A stretch of 64,000 nucleotides of DNA from contig JBKHWK010000001.1 in NCBI GenBank assembly GCA_046566625.1, forward strand, positions 245-64,244, in the 5' to 3' direction. The notes beneath the pieces were generated by a model. That model was not told where the DNA came from. It saw nothing but the letters and a program-made list of their open reading frames with translations, and did not search any database. Below, one piece after another: positions 38,483-49,955 of the stretch (the first letter of the stretch is position 1; the number at the start of each line of letters is the position of its first letter). The translations under genes were made by a program, and so were the position numbers. Source of the stretch: Gammaproteobacteria bacterium. GTDB lineage: Bacteria; Pseudomonadota; Gammaproteobacteria; Pseudomonadales; Porticoccaceae.

Positions 38483-39262
38483 GTGAAAGCCATGACAGAG
38501 GCTGAAGTCCAGGGCCCGAACGGCCACCCGCTGCGGCATGTGGCGATCATCATGGATGGCAACGGCCGCTGGGCCAACGCTCGCGGTCTCCACGGCATCA
38601 GCGGCCATCGCGCCGGCGTAGAGCGGGTCCGCGATGTGCTGGACAGTTGTCACGCCCATGGCGTGGCGACCATCACGCTGTTCGCCTTCAGCAGTGAGAA
38701 CTGGCAGCGTCCGGCCGAGGAGGTCAGTGGCCTCATGGCGCTGTTTGCCAATTACCTCAGAAGAGAGCAGCGCGAGCTGGTGCGTCGGGATGTGCGGCTG
38801 CGCGTCGTGGGCTCGCGCGAGCGCTTCAGTGCCCGCCTTGTTCGTCGTATTGAGCGGGTGGAGGCGGCGACCGCCGGCGGTCGTTTGCAGCTCAACCTGG
38901 CCGTTGATTACGGCGGTCGCTGGGATATCGCCCGCGCGGCGCGGACACTGGCGGAGCAGGTGCACGCGGGAGAATTGTCACCCGCCGATATCGACGAGGC
39001 CGCGGTCGAACGCCGTCTCTGCCTTGCCGATGCTTCGTCACCCGATCTGTGCATCCGCACGGCCGGCGAGCAGCGACTGAGTAATTTTCTGCTGTGGCAG
39101 CTCGCCTACAGCGAACTTTATTTCGCCGACTGCTACTGGCCCGATTTCGATAGCGAGCACTTCAACCGAGCGGTGGCCGAATACCATCGCCGGCTGCGCC
39201 GTTTCGGGCGCGCGGCCAGCCAGATGCAGGCGGTGGAGACCAAGTGCTCAAGCAGCGGGTAA
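38483..39262 (+). CDS. uppS: Ditrans,polycis-undecaprenyl-diphosphate synthase
   Basis: HVAIIMDGNGRWA, FAFSSENWQRP and RLSNFLLWQLAYSELYF. Confidence 0.95.
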   Translation: MKAMTEAEVQGPNGHPLRHVAIIMDGNGRWANARGLHGISGHRAGVERVRDVLDSCHAHGVATITLFAFSSENWQRPAEEVSGLMALFANYLRREQRELVRRDVRLRVVGSRERFSARLVRRIERVEAATAGGRLQLNLAVDYGGRWDIARAARTLAEQVHAGELSPADIDEAAVERRLCLADASSPDLCIRTAGEQRLSNFLLWQLAYSELYFADCYWPDFDSEHFNRAVAEYHRRLRRFGRAASQMQAVETKCSSSG

Positions 39263-40071
39263 TCACCGGCCTCGTTCTCATCATCGCTTTTGCGGGATCA
39301 CTGCTTTTGTTGCCGGCGATGGCCTTCGTTGCGGTCATCGGTGTACTGATTTTGCTGGGGGCATGGGAGTGGGGTCGCCTGGCGGGTCTTGAGTCGCTGA
39401 CGCAGCAATTGCTGTACGTCGCCGTTGTTGCGGCCGCCATGGCAGCCCATCACTGGGGCGCCGTGGGGTCGCCGATAGCATTACTGGTGATCGCGGCGGG
39501 TTGGTGGCTGCTCATGCTGTTCTGGGTGCTCGATTACCCCCACAGCGCGCGCCGGTGGGATCACCGCCCGGTGGTTTTGCTGATGGGGCTGATGGTGTTG
39601 CTGCCGGCCTGGATCGCACTTTACTGGCTGCTCGGCCGTCTGCATGGCGCCGGCTGGTTAGCACTGGTGGTGGGACTGGTCGCCAGTGCCGATATCGGCG
39701 CGTTTTTCGGTGGCCGCGCCATCGGCCGCCATCGCCTGGCGCCGGCCGTCAGCCCCGGCAAGACGTGGGAAGGCGTGGTGTGCGGCTTGTTGCTGGCGCT
39801 GCTGGTTGGCGCGGCGGCGGCTCAGTGGCTCGGCGTCACGGGCCATGACTGGTTCGGGTGGCTGGCGTTGATGGCAGTCACCAGCTTTGCCGGGGTGCTG
39901 GGGGATCTGGGGGAGAGCATGATCAAGCGCGCCCGCGGAGTGAAGGACAGTGGGTCGATATTGCCCGGCCATGGCGGCGTGCTGGATCGCGTGGATAGCC
40001 TGACAGCCGCGTTACCGATATTTGTCCTCGGTTTGGCAATACTGGGTTTTACCCGGGCAGTGCCCGGTTGA
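39244..40071 (+). CDS. cdsA: Phosphatidate cytidylyltransferase
   Basis: The GTG start gives [14 protein letters not shown]-terminal signature [28 protein letters not shown]. Confidence 0.95.
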   Translation: MLKQRVITGLVLIIAFAGSLLLLPAMAFVAVIGVLILLGAWEWGRLAGLESLTQQLLYVAVVAAAMAAHHWGAVGSPIALLVIAAGWWLLMLFWVLDYPHSARRWDHRPVVLLMGLMVLLPAWIALYWLLGRLHGAGWLALVVGLVASADIGAFFGGRAIGRHRLAPAVSPGKTWEGVVCGLLLALLVGAAAAQWLGVTGHDWFGWLALMAVTSFAGVLGDLGESMIKRARGVKDSGSILPGHGGVLDRVDSLTAALPIFVLGLAILGFTRAVPG

Positions 40072-40088
40072 GTACAGGTCAGGTAGCG

Positions 40089-41258
40089 ATGCAGGGTGTC
40101 TCCATTTTGGGCTCGACGGGTTCCGTCGGCGCCAGCGCACTGGATGTGATCGCGCGCCATCCCGAGCGCTTTCGGGTCATCGCATTGAGCGGCTATCAGC
40201 GACTCGATGTGCTGGCGGATCAGTGCCGACGATTCCTCCCCGAGTTGGTCGCGGTGCCCACTGCGGCGGCAGCGCACCAGTTGCGCGCGCTGGTGCCGGC
40301 GGCGACCCGTATCGCGGTGGGCGCTGAAGGCCTGGACGCCGTTGCCGGGCACGCTCGCGCCGACATCGTGATCGCTGCTATCGTCGGCGCCGCGGGATTG
40401 TTACCGACCCTGGTCGCTGCGCGCGCGGGCAAGCGCCTGTTGCTGGCCAACAAGGAAGCGCTCGTAATGGCTGGGCGCCTGTTCATGGCCGAGGTCGCGC
40501 GCGGTGGCGCCACCCTGGTGCCGCTGGATAGCGAGCACAATGCGATTTTTCAGTGTCTTCCGCCGACCGGCGTTGACCCGCGCGGCGTGCGGCGCCTGAT
40601 CCTGTCGGCGTCCGGGGGTCCGTTTCGCACCGCGCCGCTCGAAGCGCTTGAGGTAGCGACGCCGGAGCAGGCCTGCGCCCACCCGAACTGGCGTATGGGT
40701 CGCAAGATCTCCGTTGACTCCGCCACCATGATGAACAAGGGACTGGAGCTGATCGAAGCTTGCTGGTTGTTTGGAGTGGGGCCAGAGCGGATCGAGATTC
40801 TTATCCATCCCCAGAGTATTGTGCATTCGCTGGTAGAGTACGCCGACGGCTCGGTGCTGGCGCAATTGGGTAACCCGGATATGCGTACGCCCATTGCGCA
40901 CGCGCTGGGCTGGCCAGAGCGGATTGAGTCCGGCGTTGCACGCCTCGATCTCACCGCCGTGGCGCAGCTGCAATTTTCCGCGCCGGACCCGCAGCGCTTT
41001 CCTTGTCTGCGCCTGGCGCATGCGGCGGCCGTCGCCATGGGCGATACACCGGCCGCGCTTAACGCCGCCAATGAAGAAGCGGTAGCCGCCTTCCTCGCCG
41101 GGAAATTGGGGTTCACGCAGATCGCCGCTGTCGTGGACCAGGTGATGCAGCGCTGGTGTGGGGTGGAACCGGACTGCATCGATGCGGTCTTGGGCAGTGA
41201 CGCCCGCGCTCGCGAACAAGCACGCGGGTTTATCGAACGCTATGTAGCCGGGAGTTGA
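40089..41258 (+). CDS. dxr: 1-deoxy-D-xylulose 5-phosphate reductoisomerase
   Basis: [20 protein letters not shown] aligns to the Dxr N-terminus. LANKEALV and [10 protein letters not shown]. The track ORF begins at TTG 40068. Confidence 0.95.
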   Translation: MQGVSILGSTGSVGASALDVIARHPERFRVIALSGYQRLDVLADQCRRFLPELVAVPTAAAAHQLRALVPAATRIAVGAEGLDAVAGHARADIVIAAIVGAAGLLPTLVAARAGKRLLLANKEALVMAGRLFMAEVARGGATLVPLDSEHNAIFQCLPPTGVDPRGVRRLILSASGGPFRTAPLEALEVATPEQACAHPNWRMGRKISVDSATMMNKGLELIEACWLFGVGPERIEILIHPQSIVHSLVEYADGSVLAQLGNPDMRTPIAHALGWPERIESGVARLDLTAVAQLQFSAPDPQRFPCLRLAHAAAVAMGDTPAALNAANEEAVAAFLAGKLGFTQIAAVVDQVMQRWCGVEPDCIDAVLGSDARAREQARGFIERYVAGS

Positions 41259-41261
41259 CGG

Positions 41262-42614
41262 GTGGCAGTGGTGCAGCAGGTGTTTTATTTTTTCCTCGTG
41301 TTGGGGGTGTTGATCACCTTCCACGAGTTCGGCCATTTCTGGGTGGCGCGTCGTTGCGGTATCCGGGTCTTGCGGTTTTCGATCGGTTTCGGCCCGGCTC
41401 TGGTGCGCTGGCATGATCGCAGCGGCACCGAGTTCGTGGTCGCCGCGCTACCCTTGGGCGGCTACGTCAAGATGCTGGACGAGCGCGAGGGCGATGTCGC
41501 GGAGAGCGATCGCGATCAGGCGTTCAACCGCAAATCGGTGGGACAACGCTTCGCCACGGTCGCCGCCGGACCACTTGCCAATTTTATTCTTGCGGTGGCG
41601 GCGTACTGGGTCGTGTTCGTACTCGGCGTCCAGGGCATCGCGCCGGTGGTGGCCGAGGTGAAGCCGGGCTCGGTCGCCGCCGTCGCCGGCCTCGCGGCGG
41701 GTGAAGAGATTCTGGCGGTGGACGGTGCGGCGACGCCGACCGTGCAGGCCTTGAGTGAGATGCTGGTGCGTCGTATGGGCGACAGCGGAGCCATCCGCTT
41801 CCGGGTTGTTACCCGCGGCGCCACGGACGAGCGCGAGGTCACCGCCCAGCTTACAAATTGGGATCTCGATCCCGTCGCACCCGACCCTATCGGCGATATC
41901 GGCATAGAGCTGTATCGCCCGCCAATCCCGGCCGTGGTGGCGACTGTGGAGTCCGGGAGCCCGGCCGCCCAGGCAGGCCTACAAGCCGGTGATCGCATCC
42001 TGACGGCAGATGACATCGCCATCGCCGACTGGCCGCAGTGGGTCGAGTATGTGCGGGCGCGTCCCGGACAGGCCATTGCGTTGGTGGTTGAGCGGGCCGG
42101 CGCGTACCCGAAACTGAGCGTGACGCCGAAGCAGGTCACCTCAGGGAGCGAGACGTTCGGTCAGGTGGGCATGGCGGTTGCCGGTGTCGAATGGCCAGAG
42201 GAATATCGACGCGAGCAGCGTTACGGTCCAGTGGCAGCCTTTGCCCGGAGCGTTACCACGGTCTGGGACACCGCTGAGATGATCCTCGGGTCGGTTGGCA
42301 AGATGATCGCTGGCGATATCTCGGTACGGCACTTGAGCGGACCCATCACCATTGCTAAAGTGGCCGGCGCTTCGGCGCAGTATGGTTTGGTGCCCCTGCT
42401 GCAATTCATGGCGCTACTCAGCGTCAGCTTGGGGGTGCTCAATTTGCTGCCAATTCCGGTACTGGACGGCGGACACCTCGCGTATTACATGCTGGAGGCC
42501 GTGCGGGGGCGACCGCTCTCGGAGCGCATACAAGAGGCCGGGTACCGTATCGGCCTCTCCCTGGTGATAGGTTTGATGCTGTTGGCTTTATATAATGACG
42601 TTTCGCGATTTTGA
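41262..42614 (+). CDS. rseP: RIP zinc metalloprotease RseP
   Basis: HEFGHFWVAR (HExxH), two PDZ-like regions and a C-terminal NLLPIPVLDGGH. Confidence 0.95.
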   Translation: MAVVQQVFYFFLVLGVLITFHEFGHFWVARRCGIRVLRFSIGFGPALVRWHDRSGTEFVVAALPLGGYVKMLDEREGDVAESDRDQAFNRKSVGQRFATVAAGPLANFILAVAAYWVVFVLGVQGIAPVVAEVKPGSVAAVAGLAAGEEILAVDGAATPTVQALSEMLVRRMGDSGAIRFRVVTRGATDEREVTAQLTNWDLDPVAPDPIGDIGIELYRPPIPAVVATVESGSPAAQAGLQAGDRILTADDIAIADWPQWVEYVRARPGQAIALVVERAGAYPKLSVTPKQVTSGSETFGQVGMAVAGVEWPEEYRREQRYGPVAAFARSVTTVWDTAEMILGSVGKMIAGDISVRHLSGPITIAKVAGASAQYGLVPLLQFMALLSVSLGVLNLLPIPVLDGGHLAYYMLEAVRGRPLSERIQEAGYRIGLSLVIGLMLLALYNDVSRF

Positions 42615-42632
42615 CTGCGATCCGCCCGGCGG

Positions 42633-45047
42633 GTGCTCTCCGTCTTCACACTTCCTGAACCTGTACTTTCGTACCCGGAGTTGTTTGCCATCAAACCACA
42701 ACTGAGGCGTAGCCTGGCCAGGATCCGCCGCCGCGCGAATGCGCTCTGCGTGTCGCTGCTGCTGGTCCCCGGACTGACCTTTGCCGCGGCGTTCCAGGTA
42801 GAGGATGTGCGTATCGAGGGCTTGCAGCGGGTTTCTGCGGGCACCGTATTCGCCGCCCTGCCGGTCAGTGCCGGCGACCTGATCGATGACGCGGGAATAG
42901 GCGCTGCGGTGCAAACCCTGTTTCGAACCGGATACTTCGAAGACATACGAATTGTGCGCGATGGCGATGTGCTGGTCGTGCGGGTGGTGGAGCGTCCTGC
43001 CATTGCCGAAATCAAAATCGACGGCAACAAATCCATCGAAACCGACCAGCTGCTGAAAGCGCTGCGTGACGCCGGTCTGGCGGAGGGGCAGATTTTCAAG
43101 AAGACCGTGCTGGAAGGGATGGGGCAGGAGTTGCGGCGTCAATATGTCGCGCAGGGACGTTATGGAGCCGGGGTCAATGCCGAAGCGCATGATCTGCCCC
43201 GCAACCGGGTGCGCATCGACCTCAGCATTTCCGAGGGCAACGTAGCGACGATCAAGCACATCAATATCGTGGGTAACCACAGTTTTGATGAGGCCGACCT
43301 GCTCAAGATGTTCGAGCTCAAGACAACCGGCTGGTTCTCCTGGTTGAGCAGCGACGACAAGTATTCCCGCGAAAAACTTTCCGGTGACCTCGAGCGCCTG
43401 GAGAGCTGGTATCGCGATCGTGGGTATCTGCGCTTTGCGATCACTTCAACCCAGGTGTCAATCAGCCCGCAGAAGGATGCTGTATTCATCGCCGTCAACA
43501 TCTCCGAAGGCGATGTCTACAAAGTGGGGGACGTGGAGCTCAGCGGAGAGCTGATGCTGCCGGAGGAAGACCTCCGGCAACTGATTGTGATGAAGAAGGA
43601 CGCTGTCTTTTCGCAGGCACTGATGACGGCGACCAGCGAGCTGCTGTCCAAGCGACTGGGTACCGAGGGCTACACTTTTGCGAAAGTGGAGGGTTTCCCC
43701 GAGGTTGATGAGAACGATAAAACCGCCAAGGTGACGTTCGTCGTTACGCCTGGCGACCGCGCTTACGTTCGGCGCGTGGAGTTTCGCGGCAATACCAAGA
43801 CGGCCGACGAAGTTCTGCGTCGGGAGATGCGGCAGATGGAAGGTGCCTCGGCATCGACCGACCTGATCGACCACTCGAAGGTCCGTCTTGAGCGGTTGGG
43901 TATTTTCAAGAAGGTGGACATCGAAACGCGCGAGGTCCCCGGCACCAGCGATCAGGTTGATGTGTTTTATACCGTGGAAGAGCAACCGTCCGGCAGCATT
44001 GGCGCGAGTATCGGTCTCGCCCAGGGGGCCGGCATCATTCTCGGCGCCAACATCCAGGAAAATAATTTCCTGGGGTCTGGGAACACGGCTGGCTTCGGCA
44101 TCAGTACCAGCGAATACCGCAAAATGGCGTCGCTCAATTACGCCGACCCCTATTTCACCAAGGATGGCATCAGTGCCGGCTACTCCCTGGCGGTGACCCA
44201 GACCGACTATGGGGAGTTAAACCTGACTTCCTATTCCACGGATAGCTATACCGCCAATACCAATTTCAGTTATCCCTATTCAGATACCGGGCGCATCGGC
44301 CTGGGATTTGGCGTGGAATCCCTTACATTGAAGCCAGGCGTTTTTTCCACCTTCGAGCTTCTCAATTTCATCCAGGACAATGGTGATCAGTTCGATATGC
44401 TGACCACCAACTTCAACTGGAGCGAATCGGACTTGAATCGTGGCCAGCTGCCTACCCGGGGCTCATCGAACCGAATCCGGTTCGAATTGACGGTCCCGGG
44501 CAGCGATCTGGAGTTTTTCCGGCTCACCTATACCGGGCACTACTATCGTCCGTTATCGGGTGATTTGACGTTCCATGTGCGACAAGAGCTGGGTTACGGC
44601 GACGGCTACGGCGATACGGAAGACCTGCCGTTTTTCAAGAATTACTTCGGTGGCGGATTCGACTCGGTGCGCGGGATCAAGCGCAATACCCTGGGGCCGG
44701 AGGATACTCCGATATTTCCAACACTCACTCGATCCAATGCTTTGGGCGGCAACGTCGATATCAATGGCAGCGCCGAAGTGCTGTTTCCGGCTCCCTTCCT
44801 GAAGGATCGTCGCAATATCCAGCTTGCGCTGTTTCTGGATGCTGGCAACATCTTCGCCACCAATTGTGGCAGCGGGCAGGTGGATTGTGGGTCGCCAAAC
44901 ATTGGCGACTTGCGCTATTCAACCGGGTTGAGCGGTATCTGGCTGAGTGGTTTTGGTCCGATCCAGTTGAGTTTGGCGAAGCTACTCAATGGTGAGTCGA
45001 CTGACGAAGAGGAGTTTTTCCAGTTTTCTTTTGGGCAGACTTTCTAG
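42633..45047 (+). CDS. bamA: Outer membrane protein assembly factor BamA
   Basis: POTRA repeats begin at FQVEDVRIEGLQRVSAGTVF. C-terminal Omp85 barrel ends in F. Start uncertain: the GTG at 42633 leaves an unusually long N-terminal leader. Confidence 0.93.
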   Translation: MLSVFTLPEPVLSYPELFAIKPQLRRSLARIRRRANALCVSLLLVPGLTFAAAFQVEDVRIEGLQRVSAGTVFAALPVSAGDLIDDAGIGAAVQTLFRTGYFEDIRIVRDGDVLVVRVVERPAIAEIKIDGNKSIETDQLLKALRDAGLAEGQIFKKTVLEGMGQELRRQYVAQGRYGAGVNAEAHDLPRNRVRIDLSISEGNVATIKHINIVGNHSFDEADLLKMFELKTTGWFSWLSSDDKYSREKLSGDLERLESWYRDRGYLRFAITSTQVSISPQKDAVFIAVNISEGDVYKVGDVELSGELMLPEEDLRQLIVMKKDAVFSQALMTATSELLSKRLGTEGYTFAKVEGFPEVDENDKTAKVTFVVTPGDRAYVRRVEFRGNTKTADEVLRREMRQMEGASASTDLIDHSKVRLERLGIFKKVDIETREVPGTSDQVDVFYTVEEQPSGSIGASIGLAQGAGIILGANIQENNFLGSGNTAGFGISTSEYRKMASLNYADPYFTKDGISAGYSLAVTQTDYGELNLTSYSTDSYTANTNFSYPYSDTGRIGLGFGVESLTLKPGVFSTFELLNFIQDNGDQFDMLTTNFNWSESDLNRGQLPTRGSSNRIRFELTVPGSDLEFFRLTYTGHYYRPLSGDLTFHVRQELGYGDGYGDTEDLPFFKNYFGGGFDSVRGIKRNTLGPEDTPIFPTLTRSNALGGNVDINGSAEVLFPAPFLKDRRNIQLALFLDAGNIFATNCGSGQVDCGSPNIGDLRYSTGLSGIWLSGFGPIQLSLAKLLNGESTDEEEFFQFSFGQTF

Positions 45048-45189
45048 CGGCTTGTTGAAAAAAAGAGGTCGCGAGGCGGTCAAATGCGATGCGCACGGCG
45101 CGCAGCGACCGAGACCTATCAGATGTAGGCGGGGGAGCGAGCCCCGCGCTTGGAAGCGGATGACTGCCACAGCAGTTTTCAGCAAGCTG
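45048..45189. repeat. MITE-like imperfect-palindrome element, copy B (diverged)
   Basis: Starts 1 nt after the bamA stop. Left end CGGCTTGTTGAAAAAA and right end GTTTTCAGCAAGCTG. The core shares GCGCACGGCGCGCAGCGACCGAGA with copies A and C. Confidence 0.8.
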
Positions 45190-45297
45190 CCAGGTCCCGG
45201 ATGGCCCCGCGGCGGCAGCCAGAACCAGTGCCTGGACGCCCACTTTGGGAATGTTTTAGTGATCGTGGCAGTTTAATCACCTAGATAGGGGGATGTT

Positions 45298-45810
45298 GTG
45301 AGAAGAGTTTTTGTGGGGTCCATGCTTGCCTTGGCGTTTTTTGCGTTGCCTGCAGCGGCGGTCGATAAAATTGCGGTGGTTGATATTCAGCGGGTTATTT
45401 TTACGTCCGATGTGGCCAAAGCCCGGCAGAAGGAGCTCCAGGCGGCATCTGAATTCGTCAGCCTGCAAGCGAAATATGACAGTATCTCCGCTGACGTGAA
45501 GGCCTTGCAGAAGAAAATCGAAGCCGAGCGCGATACCATGTCCCAGGAGCAGGCGACCGAAAATCAAAAGAAAATGGAATACCTGCGGGCGGATTACGAA
45601 CTGGTAGAACGCAAGTTGCGGGCTGAGGTGCAACAGTTGCAGGGCAAGATCATGGAAGAGTTGCAGCCCAAGGTTCAGGCCGCGCTAAAAGAACTGGTGG
45701 AAGCTGAGGGCGTCACGCTGTTGTTGCAGCGCGAGGCGGTGATTGTGGCCGATCCCGCGCTTGACGTGACCGGCAAGCTGCTCGAGCGGCTCAACGCCAA
45801 GACTAACTAA
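45298..45810 (+). CDS. skp: Periplasmic chaperone Skp (OmpH family)
   Basis: 170 aa. Signal peptide, then a coiled-coil-rich sequence. bamA-skp-lpxD synteny. Confidence 0.9.
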   Translation: MRRVFVGSMLALAFFALPAAAVDKIAVVDIQRVIFTSDVAKARQKELQAASEFVSLQAKYDSISADVKALQKKIEAERDTMSQEQATENQKKMEYLRADYELVERKLRAEVQQLQGKIMEELQPKVQAALKELVEAEGVTLLLQREAVIVADPALDVTGKLLERLNAKTN

Positions 45811-46842
45811 GTGGCAGGAAGCGGCCGGACCCTTGGCGAGATCGCCGCGCACATAGGCGCCACCGTGCGTGGCGATCCGACACTCAGGGTTTACAGCTTA
45901 AATACGTTGAAAGATGCGTCCGCAGGCGAATTGAGCTTTTTCGCTAACAGCGCGTACCGCGAACAGCTGGCGCAGACGCGTGCTGCCGCAGTTATTCTGA
46001 CGGCCGCTGACGTGGATGATTTTCCCGGCTCGGCGCTGATCGTTCGCGACGCCTATGTCGCCTACGCCCGCGCCACTGCATTGTTTGTTGCAACTCCGCG
46101 GGCAGAATCCGGCGTGCATCCCAGTGCGGTCGTTCATCCCACGGCGAAAGTCGCCGGGTGCGCCGCAATCGGTCCTCATGTGACGATCGATGCCGGTGCA
46201 GTGATCGGTGAGCGCGTGGTGCTCGGCCCGGGCACCAGTGTGGGTGCGGGTTCTGTTCTCGGCCCCGATTGCCGCATCGCCGCGAACGTCACCATCTATC
46301 ACGATGTCCGCATCGGGGAGCGTGTGGTGATCCACAGTGGCGCGGTATTGGGTGCCGACGGTTTTGGTTTTGCCAACGACGGCGGTCGCTGGGTCAAGAT
46401 TCATCAGCTGGGCGGTGTCGTCATCGGTGACGGTGTGGAGATTGGCGCCTGCACCACCATCGATCGAGGTGCGCTGGGTGACACGGTCATCGAGGCGGGC
46501 GTCATTCTCGATAACCATGTCCAGATCGCTCATAACGTGCGCTTGGGCGAGAACACCGCGATGGCCGCTTATGCAGCGATTGCCGGCAGTACCACAGTGG
46601 GCAAGAACTGCGTGTTCGCCGGCCAATCCGGCGCCGTCGGGCATGTGAGCATTTGTGACAATGTCATCGCTCATGCGCGTTGTACCTTGTCAAAATCCAT
46701 TACCCGGCCCGGCGCTTATTCCGCGGATCTGTTGATGGACGAGACCCCGCAGTGGCGGCGCAACGCGGCACGATTTCGGCATCTGGACGAGATGGCGCGA
46801 CGGCTCAAGAAATTGGAAAACAAGATCGGTGACGAATCGTGA
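45811..46842 (+). CDS. lpxD: UDP-3-O-acylglucosamine N-acyltransferase
   Basis: 343 aa with extensive hexapeptide repeats. Synteny supports the call. Confidence 0.95.
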   Translation: MAGSGRTLGEIAAHIGATVRGDPTLRVYSLNTLKDASAGELSFFANSAYREQLAQTRAAAVILTAADVDDFPGSALIVRDAYVAYARATALFVATPRAESGVHPSAVVHPTAKVAGCAAIGPHVTIDAGAVIGERVVLGPGTSVGAGSVLGPDCRIAANVTIYHDVRIGERVVIHSGAVLGADGFGFANDGGRWVKIHQLGGVVIGDGVEIGACTTIDRGALGDTVIEAGVILDNHVQIAHNVRLGENTAMAAYAAIAGSTTVGKNCVFAGQSGAVGHVSICDNVIAHARCTLSKSITRPGAYSADLLMDETPQWRRNAARFRHLDEMARRLKKLENKIGDES

Positions 46843-46864
46843 ACCCATTCTCCAGGCGCCTGAC

Positions 46865-47308
46865 ATGAGATCCTTGTCGATCGAAGACATTCAACGTTTG
46901 CTGCCACACCGCTACCCGATGCTGCTGATCGACAGGGTAGTGGAACTGGAAATTGGCAAACGCATTCTGGCGTACAAAAACATCACGATTAACGAGCAGG
47001 TATTCACCGGCCATTTTCCGGCCAAGCCCATATTTCCAGGCGTTCTCATCATCGAGGCAATGGCGCAGGCGGCCGGTGTGCTGGGGTTCGTGACCGTCGA
47101 CCGGCAGCCCGGCGATGAGCGTCTTTATTTGTTCGCCGGTGTCGACGGGGTGCGATTCAAGCGTCCGGTAGTGCCGGGAGATCGAATGATGTTGACGGCG
47201 GAGATCGATACCCACAAGCGCAATATCTGGCGCTTCAACTGTAGCGCCAGCGTCGACGAAAAGCTGGTATGCGAGGCCAACATTCTGTGCGCACTCGAAG
47301 CGCCCTGA
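46865..47308 (+). CDS. fabZ: 3-hydroxyacyl-ACP dehydratase FabZ
   Basis: [14 protein letters not shown] and [22 protein letters not shown]. The track ORF starts at 46829. Confidence 0.95.
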   Translation: MRSLSIEDIQRLLPHRYPMLLIDRVVELEIGKRILAYKNITINEQVFTGHFPAKPIFPGVLIIEAMAQAAGVLGFVTVDRQPGDERLYLFAGVDGVRFKRPVVPGDRMMLTAEIDTHKRNIWRFNCSASVDEKLVCEANILCALEAP

Positions 47309-47318
47309 GCAAGATTCC

Positions 47319-48089
47319 ATGATCGATCCCCAGGCAAAGATAGATCCCAAGGCGAGACTTGGCCGCAATGTGACCATCGGCCCCTGGACCTACGTCGGGC
47401 CGGACGTCGAGATCGGCGATGACACCGTCATACATTCCCACGTGGTGCTCAAGGGTCCGACGTGTATCGGACGCGATAATGTCATCTACCAGTTCGCGAC
47501 GGTGGGGGAGGACACGCCGGATTTGAAGTACCGGGGCGAACCGACCCGGCTGATCATCGGGGACAACAACCGTATCCGCGAGGGCGTCACCATCCACCGT
47601 GGCACCGTGCAGGATCTGGGCGAGACCCGCATTGGCAGCCACAACCTGATCATGGCGTATGTTCACATCGGGCATGACTGTGTGATCGGGGACCACGTCA
47701 TCATGGTCAACAACGCCTCCCTTGCTGGCCATGTGCGGGTCGATGACTGGGCGTTCCTGTCGGGCTTTACCCTGCTGCACCAGTATGTGCAGGTCGGTGC
47801 ACATGCCTTCCTGGGCGCTGCGGGCTTTCTCAATCAGGATCTGCCTGCCTATGTCATGGCAGTCGGCTATCCGGCGACGCCACGGACCATCAACAAGGTG
47901 GGACTGGCGCGGCGCGGCTTTTCGCCGGCGCAGATCCGGCTGCTGCAGGGGGCTTATCGCACCCTTTACCGCCGTGGCCTGAAGCTGGAAGAGGCGCTGA
48001 CGGCCCTGGATGCCACGCCGGACCCCGATGGGGTGCTCGCGCCGTTGCTCCAGTCGATTCGACGTTCCCAGCGCGGCATCATCCGCTGA
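47319..48089 (+). CDS. lpxA: Acyl-ACP--UDP-N-acetylglucosamine O-acyltransferase
   Basis: 256 aa. MIDPQAKIDP followed by hexapeptide repeats. Synteny supports the call. Confidence 0.95.
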   Translation: MIDPQAKIDPKARLGRNVTIGPWTYVGPDVEIGDDTVIHSHVVLKGPTCIGRDNVIYQFATVGEDTPDLKYRGEPTRLIIGDNNRIREGVTIHRGTVQDLGETRIGSHNLIMAYVHIGHDCVIGDHVIMVNNASLAGHVRVDDWAFLSGFTLLHQYVQVGAHAFLGAAGFLNQDLPAYVMAVGYPATPRTINKVGLARRGFSPAQIRLLQGAYRTLYRRGLKLEEALTALDATPDPDGVLAPLLQSIRRSQRGIIR

Positions 48090-48112
48090 ACCCGGTGCCC
48101 GCCGGTCCTTGC

Positions 48113-49270
48113 ATGGATCCCCTCACAGGCCGCCCTTACATAGGAATCGTAGCGGGCGAGGTTTCCGGCGATCTCCTGGGCGCTGGGCTGATACGGGCGC
48201 TGCGCCAGCGCTATCCCGAGGCAGAATTTGCCGGCATTGGCGGCGACGCCATGGCGGCGGAGGGCTTTCACAGCCTGTACCCTCTCGAGCGGCTGGCGGT
48301 GATGGGTTTCGTGGAGCCGCTCAAACGCCTGTCAGAACTGCTGCGTATCCGGCGCGGACTCGCGCGCCACTTTTGTGAACGCCGGCCCGCGCTGTTTGTC
48401 GGGATCGATGCGCCCGATTTCAATCTGGGCCTGGAGCTCAGGTTGCGTCGCGCCGGGATCCGGACCGCCCACTATGTGAGCCCCTCGGTATGGGCCTGGC
48501 GTCAGGGCCGCATCCGCAAGATCGCCCGTGCTGTCGACCACATGCTGGTGCTGTTTCCCTTCGAAGCCGAGTTCTACCGTCGTCACGGTGTACCCGTAAC
48601 CTGGGTGGGTCACCCGCTCGCCGACGAGTTGCCGCTGGAGCCCGATACTGCGGGCGCGCGGCGACTGCTGGCTCTGCCGGAAGATGCGCCAGTACTGGCG
48701 GTATTACCCGGTAGCCGCGGCAGTGAAGTCGCCCTGCTGGGGCCGCTGTTTCTCGACACCCTGGCTGCTTGCCGGGAGAATGTGCCCGGACTGCGCTGTG
48801 TATTGCCGGCCGCCAATGCCACGCGTCGGGCGCAGATCGATGCGCTGCTGGCCGCGCACCCCGGATTACCGGTCCAGGTGCTGGACGGCCAGTCCCATAT
48901 CGCGATGGCGGCGGCCGACGTCGTGCTGCTCGCCTCCGGAACCAGTGCGCTTGAGGCCATGTTGCTCAAAAAGCCCATGGTGGTGGCGTACCGCACGGGT
49001 CGCTTCACCCACGCCGTGGCATCCCGTCTCGTGAAACTCAAGCATGTATCCCTGCCCAATTTGCTGGCCGGTCGCGAACTGGTGCCCGAATTGCTTCAGG
49101 ATCGCGCGCAAGTGGGGGCAATCACCGCAGAGGTGCTGCGCGGTCTCGGTGAAACTCGGGAGCGCGCGGGGCTGATCGCCGAGTTTCGCAGGTTGCATGA
49201 ACAACTGCGCCGCGGCGCCAGTGAGCGTGCGGCCGGCGCCCTGGCTGCACTGATCGACTCGACACCATGA
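48113..49270 (+). CDS. lpxB: Lipid-A-disaccharide synthase
   Basis: [21 protein letters not shown] aligns to the LpxB N-terminus. The track ORF starts at GTG 48095. Confidence 0.95.
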   Translation: MDPLTGRPYIGIVAGEVSGDLLGAGLIRALRQRYPEAEFAGIGGDAMAAEGFHSLYPLERLAVMGFVEPLKRLSELLRIRRGLARHFCERRPALFVGIDAPDFNLGLELRLRRAGIRTAHYVSPSVWAWRQGRIRKIARAVDHMLVLFPFEAEFYRRHGVPVTWVGHPLADELPLEPDTAGARRLLALPEDAPVLAVLPGSRGSEVALLGPLFLDTLAACRENVPGLRCVLPAANATRRAQIDALLAAHPGLPVQVLDGQSHIAMAAADVVLLASGTSALEAMLLKKPMVVAYRTGRFTHAVASRLVKLKHVSLPNLLAGRELVPELLQDRAQVGAITAEVLRGLGETRERAGLIAEFRRLHEQLRRGASERAAGALAALIDSTP

Positions 49271-49863
49271 CTGCGGGGCCGAGTTATGGCGGTGTACCCC
49301 TTGCCGGTGTCGACGAGGTCGGCCGTGGTTGTCTGGCGGGCGACGTGCTGGCGGCGGCGGTCATCCTGGATCCCGCGCGACCGATCACCGGCCTCGCCGA
49401 CTCCAAGGTGCTCAGTGCCGCGCGACGCGAAGCCCTTTATGGGGAGGTCATCGCCAAGGCGAGTGCCTGGGCGGTAGGGCGGGCGAGCGTCGCTGAAATC
49501 GATACGCACAACATTCTGCAGGCGACGCTGCTGGCCATGCAGCGCGCGGTGGCAGCGCTAGTCCCGCCACCCGGCTTTGTGGTGGTGGATGGCAACCGGC
49601 TGCCGGACTGGCAATATCCATCCGAAGCCATTGTTCGGGGCGACGCGCGGGTTCCCTGTATCAGCGCGGCCGCCATTGTTGCCAAGGTCACCCGGGATCG
49701 GGAAATGGTTGCGCTGGACCGGCTGTATCCCTGCTATGGCTTTGCCCGCCACAAGGGCTACGGCACCCGCGAGCATCGTGATGCGCTCGCCCGTGACGGC
49801 CCCTGTTCCTGGCATCGGCTGTCGTTTGGTCCGGTGCGGCGGGCGGCATCGGCACGCCGTTAA
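49267..49863 (+). CDS. rnhB: Ribonuclease HII
   Basis: [20 protein letters not shown] and KGYGT motifs. Start overlaps the lpxB stop. Confidence 0.95.
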   Translation: MTAGPSYGGVPLAGVDEVGRGCLAGDVLAAAVILDPARPITGLADSKVLSAARREALYGEVIAKASAWAVGRASVAEIDTHNILQATLLAMQRAVAALVPPPGFVVVDGNRLPDWQYPSEAIVRGDARVPCISAAAIVAKVTRDREMVALDRLYPCYGFARHKGYGTREHRDALARDGPCSWHRLSFGPVRRAASARR

Positions 49864-49955
49864 ATGGGGAAACAGGGATTCGCGTTGCGTGCGTGCCACA
49901 TGTGCCGGATAATCCCGGCATAGCCCAAAGCCCCCAGATGCAGCCCGGAAGCTCC